Below the pieces are notes generated by a model. That model had not been told where the DNA came from. It did no database searches and worked only from the letters and a program-made list of their open reading frames with translations. From Squalus acanthias (lineage: Eukaryota): a stretch of 64,000 bases of DNA. The DNA is taken from NCBI GenBank assembly GCA_030390025.1, contig CM059432.1:121584001-121648000 (forward strand), given 5' to 3'. The position numbers were made by a program, and so were the translations under genes. Positions 23,683-36,140 of this stretch are shown piece by piece (the first letter of the stretch is position 1; the number at the start of each line of letters is the position of its first letter).

Positions 23683-25887
23683 AACGAGTGGTGCAAAAAT
23701 GTCAACCACAGAGAAAGACAGGAAGAGGCCCCCTTTAAATAGCACCCCCCCAGCCCCACAGCGACTGGGGAGCGTTCCAGTCTTCCGGTCGTTGGTTGCG
23801 CCAGGCGGAAAGGATGGGGGCGCCACTCAATTTCCGCTCCGGGGCGCCACAAGGGCGTTGCACCCTCGTATGACGTCAAGATCTGCGTGCGCAGGAGATC
23901 GCGGCGGTAAAGTTTAGCTCCGCCGCAAAATGTCTAGATAATTTCGCGAGCGGCACAAACATCGCTGCGCCCGGGCGCTAGTTGCTTTGCACCCCATTAG
24001 CGCCCTCTTAAGGCGCTAACGGGAGGCGCAACCAACTGAATTTTTCCCCCTGTGTGTTTTATCTCAGGTGAGGTAATAGAGCAGATGGCTGTTGGGTTAA
24101 GACAAAGGCCACGATTGATGGGAGGCTTTCAGGAGAATAAGGATAGTTAGGAATAAGGTTGTCTTTTTCGTGTATTTAAGGAAGACATAAAGCCGAGAAT
24201 ACTAGAATGTTCTTGGAGCCAAATTGGACACGCTGAAGCACAGTTAAGGTGCAGCGAGTCTGATCACCTCAGAACATTGTGATGTTAGTCAGGTTATATA
24301 TCAATGGCTCATTCACTGTTTAACTGTTTAATAAGTATAGCCTCTGTATTGTATCTTCTTTATGCTGTATTGTAGTTTCTTTAATAACTATATTAAACAT
24401 ATAGGCTGTGAAATTTGACGCCTTAGTGTCGGCATTTAAGGCTGGTTTCGGTGCAAAATGGCGGCCGCCTCGCTTTCGCCCACTTCCGGTGTGGAATGCA
24501 GCAGCCGCCATTCTGGGCAGGTTGGCAGTGCTGCCGTTGCCTGCGCTCACTGAAAATATGATAATTAGGCAGATTGTGATGTCAATCAGTGTACAATGCT
24601 GAACTGATGCATGACCTGCTATTTTGGACGTCACCACTCCTTTTAACCCCCTCTACAAAGCACGCACAGATGACCATGCATTCAGTTGTACGACAAACCC
24701 CCCGTCAGTGCTTCTTAATGGGATACATGCAAATTTCAGGTATGTTTAGATTTTTGCTTCTGTACTGGTTTCTTTACAGTTTATTGGAGTAGTGGCTTGG
24801 TGTAATATATTTAAAGTGTTGTTAAAGTGTGCAGGGAGTGCAGGGAGTGCTGCTGGATGCTTGCAAGGCCTTTGGCTCTTAAAGGAAGGCCTCTGAGAAC
24901 ACCACTTGCTCCCAGTCCTGGGGGCTCTAGTTGCAGTCCCCCTTGGGCTGTAGCATGACATGGAGATGAAGCAGAGGCAACAAAGGGGACAAGCTGCTCG
25001 CAGAGGGAGGAGGAGGTGGAAGATGAAGAGGAAGAAGAGGAGGAAGCACAAGAGGAAAAAGCAGAAGAGAAAAAAGCAGAAGAGGAGGAAGCACAAGAGG
25101 AGGAAACAGAAGAGGAGAAGGCAACCCAGACAGCCCCTTTCTGGCCGGGATATCCGGGATGGAATCATCCGCTTGCGGTATCAATGAACACAAGCCCAAT
25201 TCCCCTTTCAACATTTGTCCTACATCTTACCTTCCCTCTGTACTGACTATCACAGTGTCCTCTTGTCCACAATGCTGAAGTAAAAGCCCCACAAAGCAAA
25301 CTTTCCAATCCAACTTTATCCATATATGCATCCAATGTTTCTAATCACCCTTGTGTATTCTCTTAGTGAAGGTCCTGTGTGTGCCTTTGCCTATTCTAGT
25401 GATGTCACGCAGTGCTACCCCAGTAGTTGCAGCATGGCTGGTGGAAGGCTGCTAACTTTCAGTGGGGGACACTGCAGATGGCCTTGCAGGACAACCTCGA
25501 GGAGCTGGTGGCTGGAAGTGTAAAATTGAGTGACATACGGCTAAAAGTTCGTGTTTGCCAAGAAAGTTGCCGGTGTCACCGGCAACTGGAGTTAACAGCC
25601 AACGAAAATGTCCACCACGCTAAGCCAAGTAAATTCGTCTGGGGGGGCTGGAGAATGGTGGCGCAGCACATACCTTGCATGCAACGCCCTCCTGGTGGCA
25701 TTAGTTGAGACCTCTGAGGCGAAGTTCCCATCTTGAAGTGCCGTTCGAGCTTCGCACAGCTTCTGGGAGCGAGGCAGTGGAGCTCACAAGGAATTGTGGG
25801 TAACTAAAGGGACTATGAATTAAAGGGGAAATGCATTCAGATGTAACATAAATTGAAAAGCAGTTCAAAAATGAAGTTTTCAGCACG

Positions 25888-26120
25888 TACTGCCTTTCCC
25901 CAGTGTCCTGGCCAATATTTATCCCTCAATCAACATAACAAAAACAGATTATCTGGTCATTATCACATTGCTGTTTGTGGGACCTTGCTGTGCGCAAATT
26001 GGCAGCTGTGTTTCCCATATTACAACAGTGACTACACTCCAAAAATATACTTAATTGGCTGAAAAGCGCTTTGAGATGTCCGGTGGTCATGAAAGGCGCT
26101 ATATAAATGTAAGTCTTTAA
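25888..26120 (+). mobile_element. Deu-domain SINE 3' part (SacSINE1-like)
   Basis: GTGTCCTGGCCAATATTTATCCCTCAA...GCTGTTTGTGGGA..TGCTGTGCGCAAATTGGC core and GAAAGGCGCTATATAAAT tail. Confidence 0.7.
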
Positions 26121-27190
26121 TTTTCTCTAAAAAAAAATTAACATTAAAAAGAATTCCCAAATGGGTTCTTCAGCACTTAAAGATAAATTCCCTTGTGAAC
26201 CTCAAAAAGTGGGAAAAGTGGCTCAGCAAGCCAGAGATGGGGCACCCAGGTTCTCGCACACAACACTCCAGCTTTGTGCAGGGGGTCAACACTGCAAGAG
26301 AGGTCCTCTATCCACAGGGGCCAGGAGGCCCTCCAGAAAGTAAATTGTGGGTCCACATCACCAAGGCCATCACTGCCAGCAGTGTCATCCCCCACCACCT
26401 GGCTCCAGTGCCCAAAGAAGCTTCATGACCTCAGATCACTGGTCAAAGTCAGTGAATGCATCTTCAAAAGCCATCTCCTAACAACTGCACCACTAGCCTC
26501 ACACACTGCTCAATCCACGACCCCCAGCCCCAATCACTCACCTACCAACAATCTGCACCAATCATGAGGCACATCTCCCATTCCTAGCCTCACCTCACCA
26601 CTTGGATGAGACAGTGCAGGCCATTCTTGGCAGGGGCATGGCTGAGCCCTTGGCCAGTGGTGGGCCTGAATGGATACAAGATGCTGGTATTGTCATAGAT
26701 TATCCTTCTTCTGGCATGCACCTCTTGATTTCCCGGCCTCCACTCACCACAACTCCACCCTTGTGCCTTCCTCATTTCACACACCCAAGAAATGCAGCCT
26801 GCCCAGCCAATGGTTGACCAAGAAGAGGGAGAGGAGAGTGAAGAAGAAGAAGTTTGATCTGACACTCCCAGCCACCAGCTCCTCAAGGTCCACCAGCAAG
26901 GCCATTTGCCTTGTCCCCCACTGAAAGTTAGCAGCCTTCCACCAGCCATGCAGCAGCCACTGGGGTAGCACTGCATGACATCAGTAGGATAGACAAAGGC
27001 ACACACAAGACAGTCACTAAGGAAATACATAAGGGCAATGAGTTGATTTATTGATGTCATATTGGATAGATAGATGTTTAAAGTTAGATTGGAAATTTTG
27101 CTTTGTGGTGGTTCATATTTCATCATTGTGGCCAAGAGGACGCTGTGATGGTCAGTAACAGAGGGAAAGTAAGGTGTGGGACAAATGTTG

Positions 27191-27949
27191 TGTAAGCCTT
27201 TCTCTTATTACTGTTCAGACCTTGAGAATTATGAATAAGCGTAACAATGACAGATAAGTATGTGATCAATAAAATTGGTATTTATTCACACTATAGTTCA
27301 AAATTCAAGTGTACATAGAAGCAATCAATATGCTTCCAATTTACCGTACATAAAAGTACCATCCCAGCAACTTATCCCAAATCAACCGTGCATAAAAGTA
27401 CCCTTTAACAATATCTAAGCTCTATGTCCGACTTTTATGCATATTCCTTTATCTCTAGGTGATCGGTCCAGAAAAGTCATAAGTCGCAAACATAGACTGG
27501 CCAGCTTTCTTTGTTTCTCTTTTCTTCCTTCTTGTTCCTTCTTTCTGAATTTCCCGCCTCTGGGTCACTTCTTTTATAGGGCCTTTCTGCCGGTCTCCCT
27601 CATATATCACCATCTGCCTCCTCTGATAGGTCAGTTTCACTCCAAACCTTCCCTGATCGGAGTTCCTTCTGCATGACACGTTCATGTTCCTGTGATGTGT
27701 GTGGGGGTGGGACTTCCTCATCACTCGTGCTTCTCTTTCCTGTCCATGTGGTCTTACAAACAAAGCACCATATGCTGACCACCAGGCAAAGGACCCCCTG
27801 CTGACTTCTGCCATTTTGTGTCTTCACAAACAAAGAACACATGCTGACTTCCTACATTTTGAGTCCATCCGGAACCATTTCACAATTCATTCTGAACTTC
27901 GATCTCCACACGGTAGCAGCAGTTTTATTACAGTTTTTAGAATCTTACA
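27191..27949 (-). mobile_element. Solo LTR of an unrelated LTR element (759 bp)
   Basis: TGTAAG...CTTACA ends and 4-bp TSD GTTG. Minus-strand TATAAA (~27575) and AATAAA (~27283). Confidence 0.85.
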
Positions 27950-28111
27950 GTTGAAAGGGGAATTGCGGTTGGGGTCACTGATACTGCAGGTGCCTGATTC
28001 CATCCAGGATATTCTGGCCACAAAGGGGCTGTCTGGGTTGCATCCTTTCTTCTGCTTCCTCCTCTTCGGCTTCTTACTCTTCTGTGTCTTCCTCTTCCCT
28101 CTGCGAGCGGA

Positions 28112-28250
28112 TGCTGTAAATCTGAAATGACAGCATAAAATTCTAGAAATACTCAGCCGCTCAGGCAGCATCTCGACCTGAGACGTGAACTCTGTTTCTC
28201 TCTCCATGGATGTTGCCTGACCTGCTGAGTATTTGCTGCATTTTCTGTCT
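28112..28250. repeat. Short quasi-palindromic interspersed repeat (possibly Penelope-terminus/MER6-like)
   Basis: AAATACTCAGC..TCAGGCAGCATC pairs with GATGTTGCCTGACCTGCTGAGTATTT. Confidence 0.5.
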
Positions 28251-30728
28251 TCTCAGAGGCCTTCCTTTACCATCTGAGGCCTTTCAAGCATCCAGCAGCA
28301 CTCCCTACACACTTAAAAAACTTTTAACATCTATTGCAGCAAGCCACTACTTCAATAAAATTTTTAAAAACTGTCCAAAAGCTTAATTGCAAACTTACCT
28401 GAAGGATGTGTGTGTCCCTTTAAGAGGTGCAGACATTGCCACTGTCAGCCTGCTTGCTTAACCTGGCATGTTTAGGACCCTCAGCAACCGGGTGAAAGTT
28501 CGGCGTGGTGACGGTAAGTCGGCGTTGCACGCCGATTGACATCACCGCGCTGCCATTTTTTTCTTTCAGTGCACTGCCAGTTACCAGCAGCGCAAAAAGG
28601 GACACAAATATGGTGGCCGCCGCGGGACCCGGCACCAGTTGGTGAAGGAGTGGCCACCGCCATATTATCGCCATTTCATGGTGCTATGGAGTGGTTCTCA
28701 ACAGATGAACTTCTAGCCCAGTGCTGCTGCTGTTTCTCTTCTTCTTCTTCTTTACTCTCCTCTCCCTCTTCTTGTTGACCCACTGTCTGGGCAGGCTGCA
28801 ATTCATGGGTGTCTGAAATGAGGAAGGAACAAGGGTAGGGTTGTGATGAGGAGAGGGGTGATAAAGCAACATGTGCATGCTTACAGCATGTGCAGCTTGT
28901 AAATCTGAAGATATTGTAGGATGTGAGAAGGAGGTTAACGTATGAAGATACCGGCATCTTGTATTCTTTCAGCCCTGCCGCTGGCCAAGGGCTCAGCCAT
29001 GCCCCTGCCAAGAATGGCCAGCACCACCTCCTCCAAGGGGGCGGGGTGAAGCTAGGAATGGGAGGTGTGCCTCGTGTTTGGTAGAGATTGTTGGTAGGTG
29101 AGTGATTGGGGGGAAGGGTGGGTCATGCATTGAGCAATGTGAGGCTAGTGGTGCAGTTGGTAGGAGACGGCTTTTGAAGATGCATTCACTGAACTTGACC
29201 ACTGGTCTGAGGTCATGAAATTTCTTTGGGCACTGGAGCAAGGTCCTGGGGGTGACACTGCCGGCAATGACGGCCTCAGCGATCTGATCCCACATCCTTC
29301 TTTCTGGAGGGCCTCCCGGCCCCTGTGGGCAGAGGGCTTCTCTTCCAGTGTTCAGCCCCTGCACAAAGCTGGAGTGCTGCCTCCGTGATCCTGGATGCCC
29401 TTTCCCTGGCCTGTTGAGCAATTTGGGTTAGCACTGAAGCACTTTATAACACAGTTTAATCAGCAGAAGGCAGCTCACTTTTAAGGGTTGCAGACTGCCT
29501 TTAAGAGGAGCAGGCTGGCTTTCAGTAAAGCTAGCCTCATTCGAACATCGAGAACTTGGGCCCGCTGCTGAGCGTACAGCCTGTCAGCAGCCCGTTCACC
29601 ACTGGGCTGTGCGCTACAATCATTATAATTAGCAGGCAGCATGAAATTGACATGCTGCCTGAGCGCCTTTGAACGGGCACAGGCATATCGCGCAGCGCGG
29701 TGCCCGCGCCCGTTATTCAGCGCTATCGATTTTCACCCTCATATACTTTGGAACAAGGCTCCCTCTAGTCTCTGAGTATCACATACTGAATCTAATATAA
29801 ATCACTTACAGTAAAGGATGACAATACTTTTGGGGGTGGGGGGGGACTTTGAGAACTAATGATTCCGATCGTTGATTTTTACTCGGATAACTAAATTGGG
29901 ATTGCAGCTCCAGTTGCTAATTGAAAAACTATGTCATCAGCTCGTACAGTAATGTTACTGTAATGGATTTATGTAGCACAATGGTGTAGCTAATGAACAT
30001 GACTAAATTTCACAGGTTCATTTGAATAAATTCTGAGTGGAATACTGTTGTTCTGCCTAAATATTATTTCAGCAAATTTATACATACGAGACTAGGAAAA
30101 TAATTCAAGCATAAATATTTTAGTTTACTCAAGGCATCATAAAACAGTCTGAAATCTTTAATAATACTACTAGTGGATCGCCTTTGGTGTTGCTCATAGC
30201 CATTCAGATGATGCACTTTTAATAAAAGTATTATAACATGTCTAATGTATTATATAATATAGTTGATCAGTTATGGCATTGCTGATGGACAAAATGTAAG
30301 GGAAAATCTGTCTCTCTTCCTGTAACCATTTGCCTGCTTGTCTCTCTCTGTCGTTATGTTTGTCTTACACTCTTTGAGGGTCATTTTAATCTTGAGTAGC
30401 GTGTGGGGTTTGGGAGTGAGTAAGGGGGTTAAAACAGGCAAAAATGTCAGCGCGTTGGGAGGCTGGCTCCAACCTGCTGACTTCCTGGTTCAATTGGAGC
30501 GAGTTAGGCTGCTTGTGCCCCTCGGGTGAGGCGGGCTGACTATTAACCTATGTTAATCGCTCAATTAGAGCGATATTTCAACTTGCTTAAAAATTTAATG
30601 GCGCATCCACGGGTTTCCCAGGCTTCCTGAAACTCACCAGTGAAGACAAGGCGAGAACACAACGGCAATTGAGAGGGCTGAATCAAACTCATAGAAATAC
30701 TGCAATAAATATTCAGTACTCACAGCTT

Positions 30729-32988
30729 AAGAACATAAGAAATAGGAGCAGGAGTAGGCCATTTGGCCCTTCGAGCCTGCTCTGCCATTCAATAAGATCA
30801 TGGCTGATCATCGACCTCAACTCCACTTTCCCACCCGATCTCCATATCCATTGATTCCTCTAGAGTCCAAAAATCTATCTATCTCAGCCTTGAATATACT
30901 CAAAGACTCAGCATTCACAGCCCTCTGGGGGAGAGAATTCCAAAGATTCACAAACCTCTGAGTGAAGAAATTCTTCCTCATCTCAGTCTTAAATGGCCTA
31001 CCCCTTATCCTGAGACTATGCCCCCTAGTTCTAGACACTCCAGCCAGGGGATACAACCTCTCAGCATCTACCCTGTCAATCCCCTTCAGAATCTTGTATG
31101 TTTCAATGAAATCACCTCTCATTCTTCTAAACTCCAGAGAGTATAGGCCCATTCTACCAATCTCTCATCACAGGACAGCCCTCTCATCCCAGGAATCAAT
31201 CTAGTGAACCTTCGTTGCACCACCTCCTTAGATAAGGAGACCAAAACTGTGCACAGTACTCCAGGTGTGGTCTCACCAAGGCCCTGTACATTTGTAGCAA
31301 GACTTCCTTACTCTTATACTCCAGCCCCCTTGCAATAAAGGCCAACATGCCATTTGCCTTCCTTATTGCTTGCTGTACCTGCATGCTAGCTTTCTGTGTT
31401 TCTTGCATGAGGACACCCAAATCTCTCTGAACACCAACATTTGAAAGTTTCTCACCATTTAAAAAATATTCTGTTTTTCTATTCTTCCTACCAAAGTGAA
31501 TAACCTCACATTTCCCTACATTATACTCCATCTGCCAACTTACTGCCCACTCACTTAGTCTATCTATATCCCTTTGCAGACTCTTTGTGTTCTCCTCACA
31601 GCTTACTGTCCCACCTAGCTTTGTATCATCAGCAAACTTGGATACATTACACTCGGTCCCTTCATCTAGGTCATTAATATAGATTGTAAATAGCTGAGGC
31701 CCCAACACTGATCCTTGCAGCACCCCATTAGTTACAGCCTGCCAACCTGAAAAAGATCTGTTTATCCCTACTCTGTTTTCTGTCCATTAACCAATCCTCT
31801 ATCCAAGCTACTATATTACCCCCAACCCCATGAGCCCTAATCTTGTGTAATAACCTTTTATATGGCACTTTATCGAATGCCTTTTGGAAATCAAAATATA
31901 CTACATCCACTGGTTCCCCTTTATCTACCCTGCTAGTTACATCCTCAAAAAACTCTAATAAATTTGTCAAACACGATTTCCCTTTCATAAAACCATGTTG
32001 ACTCTGCCTAATCATGTTACGATTTTCTAAGTGGCTTGATACCACTTCCTCCACAATAGATTCCCGAATGTTCCCGATGACTGATGTCAGGCTAGCTGGC
32101 CTGTAGTTCCCTGTTTTCTCTCTCCCTCCTTTCTTGAATAGCGGTGTTACATTTGCGACCTTCCAATCCACTGGAACCATTCCAAAAAAAGGGAATTTTG
32201 GAAGATCAAAACCAATGTATCCACTATCTCTTCAGCCACCTCTTTTATAACCCTAGGATGTAGGCCGTCAGGTCCAGGGGATTTGTCGGCTTTTAGTCCC
32301 ATCAGTTTCTCTAGTACTTTTTCTCTACTTGTATTAATTACATTAAGTTCCTCACTCTCATTCGACCCTTGGTTCCCCACCATTTTTGGTATGCTTTTTG
32401 TGTCTTCTACTGTGAAGACAGATACAAAATATTTGTTTAACGTTTCTGCCATTTCCTTATTCCCTATAATAATTTCTCCTGTCTCAGCCTTTAAGGTACC
32501 AACGTTTACTTTTGCTACTCTTTTCCTTTTTACATACTTGTACAAACTCTTACAATCTGCTTTTATATTTCTTGCTAGTTTTCTCTCATATTCTATTTTT
32601 TCCCTTTTTATCAATTTTTTGGCCAACCTTTGCTGATTTCTGAAACTTTCCCAATCCTCAGGCTTACTATTATTCTTTGCAACATTATAAGCTTTTTCTT
32701 TCAATCTAATGCTATCCTTAACTCCTTTAGTTAGCCACGGTTGGATCACTTTTCCCGTGGAGTTTTTGTTTCTCAATGGAATGTATTTTTGTTGAGAATT
32801 ATGAAATATTTCTTTAAATGCTAGCCACTGCTTATCTACCGCCATACCTTTTAATCTATTTTTCCAATCTACTCGCCCCTCATACCTATGTAATTGGCTT
32901 TATTTAAGTTTAAGACTCTAGTTTCTGACTTAGGCAAGTCACTCTCAAAATTAATGTAAAATTCTATCATATTATGATCACTCTGCCC
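30729..32988 (-). mobile_element. CR1 LINE, 5'-truncated ORF2 with frameshifts
   Basis: [45 protein letters not shown] and KFADDTK motifs; TTCTTATG tail. Confidence 0.95.
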
Positions 32989-33446
32989 CTGACATATTTG
33001 GATCTGCAAGCTCATTTAAGGGGTGGCTGCTAGGAGACAATGGATACACACTTCATACTTGGCTGCTGACACCCATCAGAAACCCAACCAATGAAACACA
33101 GCAGCGCTACAATGAATGCCATATGACCACCAGATGTATGAGCGAACAAGCCATCGGCATGCTGAAGATACGCTTCAGGTGCCTCGACAGATCTGGAGGT
33201 GCCCTTCAGTACCCACCAGCCAGGGTGTCCAGAATGGTCGTGGTGTGCTGCACCTGCACAACATTGTACAGCAGCAAGGTTTGGACCTGCAGGAGGTACA
33301 AGATGAAGAGCTCAGATCCTCCTCGGACGATTCAGAGGGGGAGGAGGAGAAAGATGAGGAGGAAGAAGCCGATGAGAACAATGCACCCCCAGCTGCTCAC
33401 ATTGCTGCCCGGGATGCCAGGGATGACCTTATTAATGCAAGGTTCA

Positions 33447-33895
33447 CTTCTCCTCATCCTTCTCAACCTGTCTGCAGCCATTTGACATGGTTGACCACTC
33501 CATCCTCCTCCAATGCCTCTCCACCATCGTCCAGCTGGGTGGAACTACACTTGCCTGGTTCCATTCTTATCTATCTAATCATAGCCAAAGAATCACCTGC
33601 AATGGCTTCTCTTCCTGCTCCCGCATCGTTACCTCTGATGTCCCCCAAGGATCTATCCTTGGCCCCCTCCTATTTCTCATCTACATGCTGCCCCTTGGCG
33701 ACATCATCTGAAAACACAGCATCAGTTTCCACATGTACGCTGACGCCACCCAGCTCTTCCTCACCACCACTTCTCTCGACCCCTCCACTGTCTCTAAATT
33801 GTCAGACTGCTTGTCCGACATCCAGTACTGGATGAGCAGAAATTTCCTCCAACTAAATATTGATAAGACCGAAGCCGTTATCTTCGGACCCCACC
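33447..33895 (+). mobile_element. L2-like LINE RT fragment
   Basis: LLILLNLSAAFDMVDHSILL, VPQGSILGPLLFLIYM and FHMYADATQL. Confidence 0.85.
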
Positions 33896-35779
33896 ACAAC
33901 ATTTTCTCATACGCCCATGTGTATACCTTTGTGCAATTACAAAGCCGTACTCTTCCTTTTCCTACTACTCCTACATGGTGCAACACCTGTGGCTTGAGCA
34001 AAGGCAGAGGCAGGCTGCTCAGATCCCTGCTATGACTGATGAGATGCTTTTGGCCGACGTCCTCTGGGTTTTGGAACCCGCGAGGGACCTGCCAAAGACT
34101 GTTCCACCTGCACCTGTGCAAGGGCAGACTCGGCCCTCGGGAGACAAGGCAGCATGTGGGGCTCTGACTGAGGGTTGTGGTGGGGGCGGGACAAGGGGTG
34201 ACCAGTGGAAGCACTTTGAGTAGAGTCTCCAATTCCATGTCCCCTTTCACTATCATCCTTCTCATTGCCCAGCCGCATTTCACTGCTATCACTGTGTTGG
34301 TGAGCATTTTGCTGCAAATCAGGGCTGCATTGTAACGCCAAGGCCAAGGCTAAGGTATATGTCATCCTATTTAAGGTGGCAGACATGTTGGCTCCCAGAG
34401 TCTGCATGGCCATGGTCAAGGCCTGCGTGGACTCTGTTGTTTGATGTTCCACAGAGTTGGCCTCTCTATCTATGCAAGAACACATCGCCGCAATGCCCTG
34501 TGACATCAACCCACTCATGCTTGAGGTGGACTCCTCCATTCTCCCTGCAATCGTCGTCAGTGTGCCTGGAAGGCCTGCCAGTGCATTCCACATTATCTGC
34601 TGCTGCTCAATGATTCTCCTTTTCATCGACGACCCCCAGGGTACAGCATCTGTGTCCAGCTGAGCAGAGCTTGGAGAGGGCTGCACCCTCTGACGCACTG
34701 CTCCACAGCAGTCCCTGTCTCCACCATCTGCTCCTGCTCACTTGTGAAGTGTGAGTCACCAGGTGAAAACCCAAATATCTGCCTACGTGGTCCCACCAAA
34801 GTGTGAGCATCTGAGCTGGTGCCTGGTATGCATGAGTCCTGTGACGGTGCACCCACAGAAGAACTCAGCTCCTCTGAGGATTCGCCGTCCACCGACTTCT
34901 GCTGTATGTGTGAAGGCCCTGTGGGAGATAAAAGACATGAATTAGTCCTGGCAAGGTAAGAATGCTGCAAGTTGTTATTATGAAGATGATCATATTTCGC
35001 TCATTGTTGAAATCAAGTCAACATGACTGAGTGCCGTATGACATGTAGGTGGCTGATATTTAATTGTGTCACCAGGTAGCTGGGAGCTCCCCGTCTCCCC
35101 ATCTCCGACGGCCAGGGACGCCGAAACTCCACTGATTTCCACCGCCTCCTCCTCTGCGCTTGTCAGTTGCAAGATGTTTGGAGGACCACCTTCAGTTCTC
35201 TACCTCTTCCTCGTGTTCTGTGCTCTCTTCTCCTGCAATGAGGGAAAGAACAGACCTATGAGTGAGAGTAATGGCATGAGTTCACCTGATGGATGGAGTG
35301 CATTTGGTGAGGGTAAGTATGAGGGAGAGGCATGATTGCATAAGGATGAGAGTGAGTGGGAGTGGTGGATGGATAGATGGGGATGTTAGGAAATGCATAG
35401 ACAGGGAAGGATAGGTGCACCTGCAAGGTAAGTTGGTGTGAGGAGTGATGTGATGGAGTAAGCTTGAGAAGGCAGAGTGAGGTGGTTGGGATGATGTGCA
35501 CAGCAGGATGTAGGTGAACGTGCAACTGTTCTCTCCTTTCTTGACCTGCATGATCATTAAACTGCTTCCTGCACTGCATCCTGGATCGTGGCACTACATT
35601 CCTGCTGCTCACCTCCTGGGCAACCTCCAACCATGCCTGCCACAGGTTTGATGTTTCTGCCACAGGTTTTCTCCTCCCATTGTTGGGGAATAGTATGTTC
35701 CTCCGGCTCCTCACAGCCCTCAGCAGCACATCAAGGGAGGCATCAGTGAACCGGGGTGCAGCCTTTGAACATCTCAAAT

Positions 35780-36140
35780 CTATTGTTTTGATAGAGTAGA
35801 TACAGAGAGAGTGTTTCCACTTGTGGGGAAGAGCATAACTAGAGCCATCGATATAAGATAGTCACCAAGAAATCAAATAGGGAATTCAGAAGAAACTTCT
35901 TTACCCAGAGACTGGTGAGAATGTGGAACTTGCTACCACAGGGAGTGGTTGAAGCAAATAGTATAGATGCATTTAAGGGGAGGCGAGATAAGCATATGAT
36001 GGAGAACGGAATAGAGGGTTCTGCTGATTGAGTTAGATGAGGAAAGATGGGAGGAGGCTCGAGTGGAGCATAAACGCCGGCATGGACTGGTTAGGCCGAA
36101 TGGCTTGTTTCTGTGCCATATATCCTATGTAATCCTATGT
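35780..36140 (+). mobile_element. CR1 LINE 3' end
   Basis: RNFFTQRLVRMWNLLPQ and ATCCTATGT tail repeats. Confidence 0.85.

Larger units (their letters stand above)
19467..24050. mobile_element. Full-length PIF/Harbinger transposon with convergent Myb/SANT-like and transposase genes
   Basis: TIRs GGGGGAGAAATTCAG / CTGAATTTTTCCCCC, 3-bp TSD TGT, both genes present. Confidence 0.95.
24404..29740. mobile_element. Composite non-autonomous Harbinger: outer element (24404-~25520 plus ~28680-29740) with a related copy nested in inverted orientation (~26160-28670)
   Basis: ATA on both flanks and imperfect TIRs. 26200-26830 is reverse-complementary to 28700-29440; 26850-27180, 27950-28110 and 28250-28660 match 24410-25520. 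Myb and transposase remnants present. Confidence 0.7.

Noticed and set aside
24746..25246. Arg/Lys-rich (protamine-like) or Glu-rich ORFs
   Set aside because: Purine microsatellite expansion in a decayed transposase N-terminus.
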